From contig JAGGVJ010000040.1 in NCBI GenBank assembly GCA_021158055.1, forward strand, positions 1 through 64,000: a stretch of DNA of 64,000 bases, in the 5' to 3' direction. The DNA comes from Candidatus Iainarchaeum sp. (GTDB lineage: Archaea > Iainarchaeota > Iainarchaeia > JAGGVJ01). Positions 15,405-23,022 of this stretch are shown piece after piece. Position numbers and translations under genes: made by a program. The notes under the pieces are model-generated. The model saw only the letters and a program-made list of their open reading frames with translations. It ran no database searches and had not been told where the DNA came from. Every line of letters begins with the position of its first letter. The stretch's first letter is position 1.

Positions 15405-15422
15405 CCTCTAGTGTAATTTATC

Positions 15423-15662
15423 TTATCTGGCAACTCGCCTATAATAAACAGACTCGCCGGCTGTAATGCTTTTGCGAGTTATCCTGAGAACCTGTCCTTC
15501 TTCAGTATCCAATGCCACAACTACCGGGTCATTGAGTTTTATCAACGGAAACTGTTCTTTTTTTATCCCGAATTCTTTCAAAAGAGATTCGACTTCTTCT
15601 TCACTTAAAATTTCGTGTTTCGGTACTAAAACATGGTTTAAAAGGTCTTCTGCAGTTTCCAC
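15423..15662 (-). CDS. rpo5: RNA polymerase subunit H (Rpo5)
   Basis: HVLVPKHEIL...DPVV...ITRKSITAGESVYYRRV. Confidence 0.97.
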   Translation of the reverse strand: METAEDLLNHVLVPKHEILSEEEVESLLKEFGIKKEQFPLIKLNDPVVVALDTEEGQVLRITRKSITAGESVYYRRVAR

Positions 15663-15919
15663 GGAATTTCCTCCAAAAAAAGACTAACATTGCAAATGCA
15701 TGTCACAAAACTGCGCACTGTATACTCCGGCACGCGTTTTTAAAAAAATGGTTCAACAAATTAAGAACGTACTAACAATACATTTATTATAATATTTATT
15801 CATTTCGGTAAATGACTAAACCATCTCTACAAACACTCGGATAATACACCGGAAAACTTTTTTGAACAAGTTTACAGTTTTTAGCCTGCATTTTCACATC
15901 TGTCTGCCTTTATGCTGTA

Positions 15920-16027
15920 TTGCAACTCTTTCTGGTTGCCTTGTAATTCTTTTAGTTTGTCTTGTAATTCTTTTAGTTTGTCTTGTAATTCTTTTAGTTT
16001 GTCTTGTAATTCTTTTGGATTGCCTTG
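15920..16027. repeat. 21-bp intergenic tandem repeat CTTGTAATTCTTTTAGTTTGT (3 perfect plus 2 degenerate copies)
   Basis: Perfect units at 15940, 15961 and 15982, partial at 16003; lies just 3' of tRNA-Asp. Confidence 0.93.
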
Positions 16028-16061
16028 AACAAATTGCCATTTCGGAACTTTGCTAAAATAC

Positions 16062-16175
16062 TGGCGCCCCGGTCGGGATTTGAACCCGAGTCACAAGCTT
16101 ACTGCCTGTAATTGAGCCGACAGGCGTATGCAACCAAAATGGTTTTTGCATCCTGGGCCACTAGACTACCGGGGC
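16062..16175 (-). tRNA. tRNA-Asp(GUC) with two introns (29/30: 16126-16145; 37/38: 16100-16117)
   Basis: GCCCCGG/CCGGGGC, G73, CCA, TTCAAAT. After removing the 20- and 18-nt introns the anticodon arm is CAAGC-CTGTCGA-GCTTG. BHB central helices are ATGC/GCAT and CTGT/GCAG. Confidence 0.93.
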
Positions 16176-16469
16176 ATTTAAAACAACAAAATTTCAATAT
16201 CAAAAAACCTTAAAAAACTAATTGCAAGCTCAAATTAAAAGTTGAACATTCCAGTTATCCTAAAATTAATTTGTTCAAATCTAATTCGTTCAAATCAAAT
16301 GTTATTAAATTGTTAAAAAAATTTAATTACATTTACTACCCTTAATTCAATGTCGTTAAATTTATTTAAACCTATTCTTGAAAAATTCACCCGCAAGTTA
16401 ATTCGAGCTCTTTACCCGCAAGTTAGTTTGATTAACTTAATTACTCTTGTTTAGATGATGTTTGAATAA

Positions 16470-16913
16470 TCACTTTCTTTTGTTTAAAAATTCTTTTATG
16501 TCAACAACAACTTTTTTTACCCTTAAAACCATATCAAGCACGTTTTTTTTGTTTTTTTCAAAGTCCCTGCAAAGCTTTTCTTTCTCTTCTTTTGGAAAAG
16601 CTGTTTTTTTGCCTGAAAGCACTTGCGCGTTTATGATGACTTTTGCCTGGGCAAAATTAAAGCAAAACTCGTCAAGATTTATTTTTTGAGTGTCGCAGTC
16701 AAAGTTGAGTTCAAAAAGATACTTGTTTATTTCAAGTGAAACGTGCGAACCCATCTCTTCATGATAACCTTCAACAATCTCCGTTGCACTTGCAAGAAGT
16801 TCTTTCAACTCATTTCCTGCGTTGTGGCCAAAGCCAAACTCTTCAAAAACTGCTTTTTCAACCTTTTCACTTATGTTCAGTTTATCGCTCATGAAACCCT
16901 TCTCCCAAAACAC
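16470..16913 (-). CDS. Hypothetical protein (helical, ~140 aa)
   Basis: Open frame with protein-like composition between two tRNAs; no recognised motif. Confidence 0.65.
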   Translation of the reverse strand: MFWEKGFMSDKLNISEKVEKAVFEEFGFGHNAGNELKELLASATEIVEGYHEEMGSHVSLEINKYLFELNFDCDTQKINLDEFCFNFAQAKVIINAQVLSGKKTAFPKEEKEKLCRDFEKNKKNVLDMVLRVKKVVVDIKEFLNKRK

Positions 16914-16949
16914 AGTTTATCAAAACAAAACATTGCATATCAAAAAACA

Positions 16950-17053
16950 TGGTAGCCCCGGAGAGATTCGAACTCCCGCCACCAGCTCCAAAGGCTGGCA
17001 TACTTTTGTGGGTCAATGCAGATGCATTTGGCTGGCCACTATACTACGGGGCT
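16950..17053 (-). tRNA. tRNA-Gln(UUG) with 28-nt D-loop intron (17006-17033)
   Basis: AGCCCCG/CGGGGCT, A73, CCA; intact arm CCAGC-CTTTGGA-GCTGG. The D-loop insertion is bounded by a BHB (GTGG/CCAC; bulges CC|A and AA|A). Confidence 0.92.
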
Positions 17054-17201
17054 TTAAAAATTGTGTCCTTATATCTGAAATCTCTTATATATTATACAAT
17101 TAAAGTAATTAATAACATATCTATTACAACAACCCAAATTAACCAAACCAACCACCCCCAAACCAGGCCAACGCAAAATCAACACACTTAAAATATCTCA
17201 A

Positions 17202-18521
17202 ATGAATATATCTAACATGGTCAATCAACCCGAAGTCAACCTGCCTGAAAAAGAGCAGCTTAAAGAACTTGTGAAAAAATACGGTTCGCCTCTTTTTGTT
17301 GTAAGCGAAGCAAAAATCATTTCCCAGTATTCAAAATTAAAGCGCGAGTTTTGCGCCCTTTACCCGAACACAAAAATCGCGTACGCTTACAAGGCAAATT
17401 ACCTTCCTGCAATATGCGACCTGATAAACCGCGAAGGCGGCCTGGCCGAAGTCATCTGCGGGTTTGAATACCAGATAGCAAAAATAGTGGGGGTCAAGGG
17501 AAGCGACACTGTCATAAACGGACCATACAAACCAACAGAAGAACTGGAAGACGCCATAGAGTGCAACTGCATGATTAACGTTGACAATTTTGACGAGCTG
17601 AAACGAATCAACGAAATCGGCCTCAAAAAAAACAAGCAAGTCAACATCGGGATAAGAATCAACACAAAAATCTGGCACCTTCTCTGGAACCAGTTCGGGT
17701 TCAACATCGAATCAGGCGAAGCGTTTAAAGTCGCCGAAACCATTCAGGATGACTTTTCAAACCTGAACTTAACAGGAATACACATTCACATCGGCACAAG
17801 TTTAACAGACGCCGGACTATATGAAAAATCTGTTCTGGCAGTTATTTCCTTTATAAAAAAACTTGAAGGCGAACTGAAAATTGAAATAGAATACATTGAT
17901 TTGGGCGGGGGGTTCTCTTCAAAGGGAACCTGCCCCGCAGACAAATCCCTTGAAGAATGGAGCGTTCCAAAAACAGAAGACTATGCAAAAAAAATATGCG
18001 GCCCGTTAAACAAATTTCCCGGGGATAAAAAACCGTTGTTGATACTTGAACCCGGGCAGTACATGGTTGACGAAGCAGTGGTCCTGATTTCATCAGTTGT
18101 CGCGGTAAAAAACATTTTCGGGATCAGGTCACTGTTCTTGGATGCGGGAATAAACATTTTGCCTTCTGCGCTTTACAGAAAACACCTGGTAAAACCGTTA
18201 ACAGCAAGCCAAAGCAGCGAAGAGCAAGAAAAAGAAATCACTGACATTTACGGCCCTCTTTGCATGAGCATCGACCTGCTGGAAACAGGAGTGATGCTGC
18301 CAAAACTGCAGGCGGGGGACTTGCTGGTGATTCACAACGCCGGGGCTTACGAGATGTCAAGGTCGACCCAGTTCACAAGACCACGGCCGGCAGTCGTCAG
18401 TGTGGACAAAAACGGAAAAATACGGCTGGTTAAAAAACGAGAGACCATAAAAGAAATCCTTGCATTGGACAATCTGAAACCAAATGACCCGGGGAAAAAT
18501 ACTTTTTGTGATGAACAATGA
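17202..18521 (+). CDS. Fold-type III PLP-dependent decarboxylase (Orn/DAP/Arg family), probably not a true LysA
   Basis: YGSPLFV, PLP lysine in YAYKANY, HIHIG, DLGGGF, LEPGQ, GPLCMSID, AGAY. Confidence 0.85.
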   Translation: MNISNMVNQPEVNLPEKEQLKELVKKYGSPLFVVSEAKIISQYSKLKREFCALYPNTKIAYAYKANYLPAICDLINREGGLAEVICGFEYQIAKIVGVKGSDTVINGPYKPTEELEDAIECNCMINVDNFDELKRINEIGLKKNKQVNIGIRINTKIWHLLWNQFGFNIESGEAFKVAETIQDDFSNLNLTGIHIHIGTSLTDAGLYEKSVLAVISFIKKLEGELKIEIEYIDLGGGFSSKGTCPADKSLEEWSVPKTEDYAKKICGPLNKFPGDKKPLLILEPGQYMVDEAVVLISSVVAVKNIFGIRSLFLDAGINILPSALYRKHLVKPLTASQSSEEQEKEITDIYGPLCMSIDLLETGVMLPKLQAGDLLVIHNAGAYEMSRSTQFTRPRPAVVSVDKNGKIRLVKKRETIKEILALDNLKPNDPGKNTFCDEQ

Positions 18522-19567
18522 CAAGCCAGATCTGCGTCGGAGTCACCGGAATCAAAGTGACAACAAGCCCTCAAACCGGTTTCGGTGTGGCAAGAAGCCT
18601 CAAGGAATCCGGGCACGGTGTTGTTGGAATTTGCGAAACAGCTTTGACTTCCGCCATCTGCGCACCGTATTTTGACAGCGTTTACGCGCTTGATTCAATT
18701 TATTCAGAAGACATTGACGGTTTCATAAAAAAAATAACAAAAATACAAAAAGAAACAAACCTGAAAGTTTTTATTCCGTGTTCCGACAGCGAAATTTATT
18801 TTTTTGAAAAATACAAAAAAAGGCTGCTTGAAAACAACATCAAGACATTGCTCCCGTCACTTGAAAGCTTAAAAAAAACATCAAAACTGTTCCTGCACAA
18901 ATTGTCAAAACACGGTTTAAACGTGCCGAAAACAATAATTGCGTCTTCAGAAGATGACTTGGAAAAAGTAACAAACGAACTTGATTTTCCGGTTGTCTGC
19001 AAGGGAATTTTAAAAGACAGCTATATCGCAAGAGACAAAATTGACCTTCTTATTTATTTCAGGAAAATCAATGACATGCTTCACGGGGGAAAAGGAAGAA
19101 TCATTTTCCAGGAGCATATCAAAGGCGATTTTTACTGTTCAACAGGCGTTGCCAACCGCAACAGCGAGCTTGTCAGGTGCCTGAACATGAAAAAGCTCGG
19201 GATTGACATCAACGGTTCAACCTGGGCTGGAATGACTATCAAAAAAGACACTTTAACTAAAATATCGGAAAAAATGGTTAAAGCAGTCAACTGGGTCGGC
19301 CCATTTGAACTGGAGTTCATAAAAGACAATGACGGCAAGTACTGGTTATTTGAAATAAACCCGCGCCTGCCGGCGTACATTTACCTTGCGACTGTTTCCG
19401 GGCAAAACCTGCCCAAAGCAATTGTTGATCTTGCGCTTGAAAAAAACGTGAAGCAAGATTTCTCTTTCAAAAAAGACCTGGTTTTTACCAGATTGAGTGA
19501 AGAAGTCGTTTATCCAAAAGAATATCTTGACAGTTTGGATAACGGCAAGCTTCCGCAGTTCCAATGA
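18518..19567 (+). CDS. ATP-grasp carboxylate-amine ligase family protein
   Basis: FPVVCKG, IFQEHIKG, GPFELEFI, LFEINPR; ATGA overlap with the decarboxylase stop suggests translational coupling. Confidence 0.88.
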   Translation: MTSQICVGVTGIKVTTSPQTGFGVARSLKESGHGVVGICETALTSAICAPYFDSVYALDSIYSEDIDGFIKKITKIQKETNLKVFIPCSDSEIYFFEKYKKRLLENNIKTLLPSLESLKKTSKLFLHKLSKHGLNVPKTIIASSEDDLEKVTNELDFPVVCKGILKDSYIARDKIDLLIYFRKINDMLHGGKGRIIFQEHIKGDFYCSTGVANRNSELVRCLNMKKLGIDINGSTWAGMTIKKDTLTKISEKMVKAVNWVGPFELEFIKDNDGKYWLFEINPRLPAYIYLATVSGQNLPKAIVDLALEKNVKQDFSFKKDLVFTRLSEEVVYPKEYLDSLDNGKLPQFQ

Positions 19568-19582
19568 AACAAAACAAAAAAA

Positions 19583-19720
19583 CTATTCAGAAGTTTCAAA
19601 AAGCAATTCTTCTGCAACTGTTTTTTTGCACTCGCTTTGCGTGTTTTTAATATAACTCGGCAATTTTCTGATTATGCTTTTTCCAATTGCAATTTCCATT
19701 AATATTTCATCACTTTTCAT
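19583..19720 (-). CDS. Small hypothetical protein, 45 aa (MKSDEILMEIAIGKSIIRKLPSYIKNTQSECKKTVAEELLFETSE)
   Basis: Read by eye (below the ORF-track cutoff); GGTGGT RBS-like sequence before the ATG; converges on the ATP-grasp stop. Confidence 0.4.
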   Translation of the reverse strand: MKSDEILMEIAIGKSIIRKLPSYIKNTQSECKKTVAEELLFETSE

Positions 19721-19944
19721 ATCAACCACCACACTTCAGTGAACAATTGTTCACCTGCAGCCGCCGGTCCGCAAAAGAAACAACAACCGCAAACCCAAGC
19801 ATAACAATTATTGCATAATTGTCATTAATAAATGTAACTTCCGCAGTGTTTGTTTAAGGTGCATGACATTGGTGTTGTTTAACACGCATGACATTAATTA
19901 TCACCAAATCAGACAGGGAAAATCCAAACTGTTCAAAAAAGAGG

Positions 19945-20049
19945 TCGGAAGGGAGGGAGTCGAACCCTCAACCGCTCGGTTTTTGTTTTATGCGCGTTTG
20001 TTCGCGCGTCGATCTACAGCCGAGTGCTCTTCCATTGAGCTACCTTCCG
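19945..20049 (-). tRNA. tRNA-Tyr(GUA) with 33-nt intron at 37/38 (19981-20013)
   Basis: C1-G72 acceptor CGGAAGG/CCTTCCG, A73, arm CTCGG-CTGTAG|A-CCGAG; relaxed BHB; CCA not fully encoded (CCT). Confidence 0.92.
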
Positions 20050-20084
20050 AAAAACAAAATTAAGTGTTTTTAAAGTCCTTTTTC

Positions 20085-20196
20085 TGGTGGGGCCACGGAG
20101 ATTTGAACTCCGGTTACGGGCTGTTTTGCTTAAACGAACCTTTTGATTCGTTTTGTCCCAAAGCCCGAGTGATAGACCAAACTACACTATGGCCCC
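20085..20196 (-). tRNA. tRNA-Pro(UGG) with 34-nt intron at 37/38 (20123-20156)
   Basis: GGGGCCA/TGGCCCC, CCA; arm CGGGC-TTTGGG|A-GCCCG; BHB helix TTTG/CAAA. Confidence 0.94.
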
Positions 20197-20294
20197 TTTA
20201 AAAATCATTTCCAGAAAAATCCACTGCTTGCTGTTATTAATACTGCAAAACTGCCTAAAAGAGTTTACTGTAACTTTTATTATTGACCATTTGA

Positions 20295-20412
20295 AGTTTA
20301 AAATTATTCCTTTGCAGTTTAAAATTATTCCTTTGCAGTTTAAAATTATTCCTTTGCAGTTTAAAATTATTCCTTTGCAGTTTAAAATTATTCCTTTGCA
20401 GTTTAAAATTAT
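20295..20412. repeat. 21-bp intergenic tandem repeat AGTTTAAAATTATTCCTTTGC, ~5.6 copies
   Basis: Five perfect units from 20295 plus a partial copy; no spacers. Confidence 0.96.
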
Positions 20413-20442
20413 CCTCTTCAATCCCGCTCACTTTTTAACTGC

Positions 20443-20934
20443 TCACTTCTTTTTTCTTGACCCGTACCTGCCTGATTTTTTGACAAGAACTTCAAGCTTG
20501 TTGTAATCAATCCTGACTTTTGTTTTTTCAAGCGCCCGCCTGACCGCGTATGTCTTGCAGACTTCTTTGAGCGTGTTAATGTCTTTTTTTTCCATTTCAA
20601 GCCCAAAAGTAAGCTCGTTTATGACTTTTCCCACTTTCGGGCCCTGCGCTGAAGAAAGCGCTTTCGCAATTTCCTCTGAAGTGAACCTTCCTTTGTCTTC
20701 CGGAATCATTTCATTGATTTCCGCGTCAATTTTTGAGGTGTCAACAAGTTTTGCAATGGATTCGCTTGTTTTTCTGTCAAAGCTGTCTGAAACGCTTGCG
20801 AAAAACCTTATGATATCGAGCGGTTCCGTATTTTCATCACAAGTTATTTTCTTTACCGCAACCCAGTCACCGTATTTTGCAAGAAACTGGATGCTGTCCT
20901 TTTGTTCTTTTTGTTTCAAGTCACTGTCTGGCAA
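20443..20934 (-). CDS. Conserved archaeal hypothetical protein (DUF2666-like)
   Basis: IQFLAKYGDWVAVKK...ENTEP resembles DUF2666 from memory; GGAGG RBS. Confidence 0.65.
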   Translation of the reverse strand: MPDSDLKQKEQKDSIQFLAKYGDWVAVKKITCDENTEPLDIIRFFASVSDSFDRKTSESIAKLVDTSKIDAEINEMIPEDKGRFTSEEIAKALSSAQGPKVGKVINELTFGLEMEKKDINTLKEVCKTYAVRRALEKTKVRIDYNKLEVLVKKSGRYGSRKKK

Positions 20935-21093
20935 AAATATCCCTCCAAAACCAATGGCAAAATTAACACTAAAAAATGCATTGCACTAAAAATATGTCAC
21001 AAAACTGCACTAAAAAAATATATTACAAAACTAAGTTGCTCCACATTAAAAAGACATACTCAAAAAACACTTAATGCCTTGAAAAAAACCATT

Positions 21094-21196
21094 TGGAGCC
21101 CCCTGCGAGATTTGAACTCGCGACCTACTGATTACAAGTTACGACCAAAAGCAGTTGGCTTTTGTCAGTCGCTCTGGCCAGCTGAGCTAAGGGGGC
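21094..21196 (-). tRNA. tRNA-Thr(UGU) with 26-nt intron at 30/31 (21140-21165)
   Basis: GCCCCCT/AGGGGGC, U73, CCA; spliced arm ACTG|A-CTTGTAA-TCAGT; BHB helix CGAC/GTCG with inner hairpin CAAAAGC/GCTTTTG. Confidence 0.93.
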
Positions 21197-21400
21197 AAAC
21201 AAAACAGACAATGCAGTATTCGCTGAAAAAATCAATAAACAACTTCAGTAAATAAATAATTACAAAATAAAAATGTAATCATTAAATGGATTTTATTGTT
21301 TAAAATCATTGCTGATTACCTGCAAAGCTAAACTTTTTTATTTAAAACATGCATTATTATTGCTGTTGCTTTAAACGTGCCAAAAAAACACTTTATTGAA

Positions 21401-21565
21401 GCCGGGGTAGCTCAGTTGGTTAGAGTGCTAGACTCATAAGTTTCATTCTTATGAGTGATGACCTTCAACACACGCTCGCTTGATTGCGGGTGTCTTGCGG
21501 GAATGACAAAAAAGATGCACTGGGAAATCTAGATGTCGAGGGTTCAAGCCCCTCCCCCGGCACCA
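21401..21565 (+). tRNA. tRNA-Met(CAU), elongator type, with 88-nt intron at 37/38 (21439-21526)
   Basis: GCCGGGG/CCCCGGC, A73, CCA; arm CTAGA-CTCATA|A-TCTAG; BHB helix CTCA/TGGG. It lacks the initiator A1-U72 pair and triple-GC stem. Ile2(CAU) is not formally excluded. Confidence 0.88.
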
Positions 21566-21609
21566 GCAATGCTGGTAATACAAATGCCTGTAAAGCACAG
21601 GGGTTAAAA

Positions 21610-22176
21610 ATGAAAAACGGCATCAACATCACTTATTTTGTGCACGGGACAACTTCAGACAACGAGCAGAACATTGCTACCGGCTGGTCTCCCGGCGAAT
21701 TATCAGAACTTGGCAAAGAACAGTCAGTCAAACTGAAAAAGCTCATAAAAAACAAAAAATTCGACGTCGTGTTCTGTTCCGACTTAAAAAGAGCAGTTGA
21801 TTCAGCAAACCTGACTTTCAAAAACACTGTGCAGATCGTTCAGGACAAAAGACTGCGGGAATGCAATTACGGAAACCTTACCGGAAGCAGCTCCAAAAAA
21901 GTGGAATTATTGACTCTGCAGCATATTGAAAACCCTTTTCCTGACGGTGAAAGCTACAGGGACGTTGAAAAAAGAATAAATTCCTTTTTAAATGAACTGG
22001 CAAAAAAATACGCAGGGAAAAACATCGCAATCGTTGCGCACGGGGCTCCTCAGTTAGCCCTGGATGTTTTGCTTAAGAAAAAAACATGGCAACAGGCAAT
22101 TAAAGATGACTGGCGCCTGAAAGAACCGAAAGAATGGAAACCCGGGTGGCGTTATTTACTCAAAAACAACAGTTAA
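21610..22176 (+). CDS. Histidine phosphatase (phosphoglycerate mutase superfamily) protein
   Basis: FVHGTT (RHG variant), SDLKRA, LRECNYG, PDGES, IVAHG. Start moved to ATG 21610 because the longer ORF runs through tRNA-Met. Confidence 0.85.
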   Translation: MKNGINITYFVHGTTSDNEQNIATGWSPGELSELGKEQSVKLKKLIKNKKFDVVFCSDLKRAVDSANLTFKNTVQIVQDKRLRECNYGNLTGSSSKKVELLTLQHIENPFPDGESYRDVEKRINSFLNELAKKYAGKNIAIVAHGAPQLALDVLLKKKTWQQAIKDDWRLKEPKEWKPGWRYLLKNNS

Positions 22177-22190
22177 AACCAAAACAGCAC

Positions 22191-22856
22191 TCAAACCCTG
22201 AGAAACTGGTCGTTTTTCTTTTGCACGTGAACGTCATCATAAGTTAAAATAATTGCAACGTCTGCCATTCCCTCAAAATAATTGGAGTCAATCACACCCG
22301 GCACTTCAAATGCCTCGTGGACTAAGTCGCCGTGGTCAAACCTTTTATCAAACTCGACTTCAACAAACTTGTTTCCTGACTCGCTTTCCGAATCACTGAC
22401 CTGTGAAACTTTTCCCATCAAACCGACTTGTTCCGAGAGTCTTTTTATCGCAAACGGGTGCACTTCAAAAACTATTTTTCTGGTCAAATTTTGCTTCCAG
22501 CTAATCTTATCCAAAAGCACCACGCATTTTTTTGCCGAAAAACAAAGAAGATTGTCTTTCAAAAGAGAATCGGACTTTCCCTTCAGAAAATCATAGTTTG
22601 TATCAAGCTCCATTGCCTGTTCAAACATTATGTCCGGGTCGCAGTCAAGCATATTTTTTATGGGAATGTGAAATTGCTCCAGCAAAACCGCGCTTTTTAC
22701 ATTGGACGGGATTCCTGTAATGTTAAGTTCTCCGCAACTTACCCTTACTCCAAGCGCCTTTATGGTTTCGTAAACAAATTCACCACCGCCAAAACCAACA
22801 ACCATGCCGTCTTTGACAAGCATTGCAGCGGTTTGGCCGACAACCTTGATGTTCAT
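22191..22856 (-). CDS. Ribose-5-phosphate isomerase A-like protein with degenerate active site
   Basis: Colinear with RpiA (VKDGMVVGFG, GIPS, EVHPFA, SGN, VPGVI), but the catalytic motifs are altered. Confidence 0.75.
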   Translation of the reverse strand: MNIKVVGQTAAMLVKDGMVVGFGGGEFVYETIKALGVRVSCGELNITGIPSNVKSAVLLEQFHIPIKNMLDCDPDIMFEQAMELDTNYDFLKGKSDSLLKDNLLCFSAKKCVVLLDKISWKQNLTRKIVFEVHPFAIKRLSEQVGLMGKVSQVSDSESESGNKFVEVEFDKRFDHGDLVHEAFEVPGVIDSNYFEGMADVAIILTYDDVHVQKKNDQFLRV

Positions 22857-23022
22857 TTCATAAACCCCCAAAAAATAACTCAACTCACAATGCTGTTTTA
22901 CTGAATCAGCAACCAATAACACTTAATTGATTCTGACTAAAAAGCCTTTGTTTTTTAGGAAATCTTTTGTTTCGGGTCCGAATTTCACAACATATTTAAT
23001 CTTTTATATAACATAGTTAATC

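Noticed and set aside
15862-16056. ORFs with periodic peptides (CLVILLV; also FKIIPLQ/CKGIILN at 20153-20506)
   Set aside because: These are translations of 21-bp intergenic repeats with no RBS or protein-like context.
16180-16460. AT-rich tract with short repeats (acccgcaagtta x2) as a replication origin
   Set aside because: No recognisable ORB consensus and no adjacent orc1/cdc6 gene.
19717-19822. Cys-rich reading (LCNNCYAWVCGCCFFCG) on the minus strand as a RiPP precursor for the ATP-grasp enzyme
   Set aside because: No start codon precedes the Cys-rich stretch (it follows TAA TGA directly); likely a by-product of TG-rich sequence.
21484-21609. N-terminal extension of the histidine phosphatase ORF, or an ORF encoded in the tRNA intron
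   Set aside because: It overlaps the tRNA-Met intron and 3' exon; the family-like sequence begins at ATG 21610.
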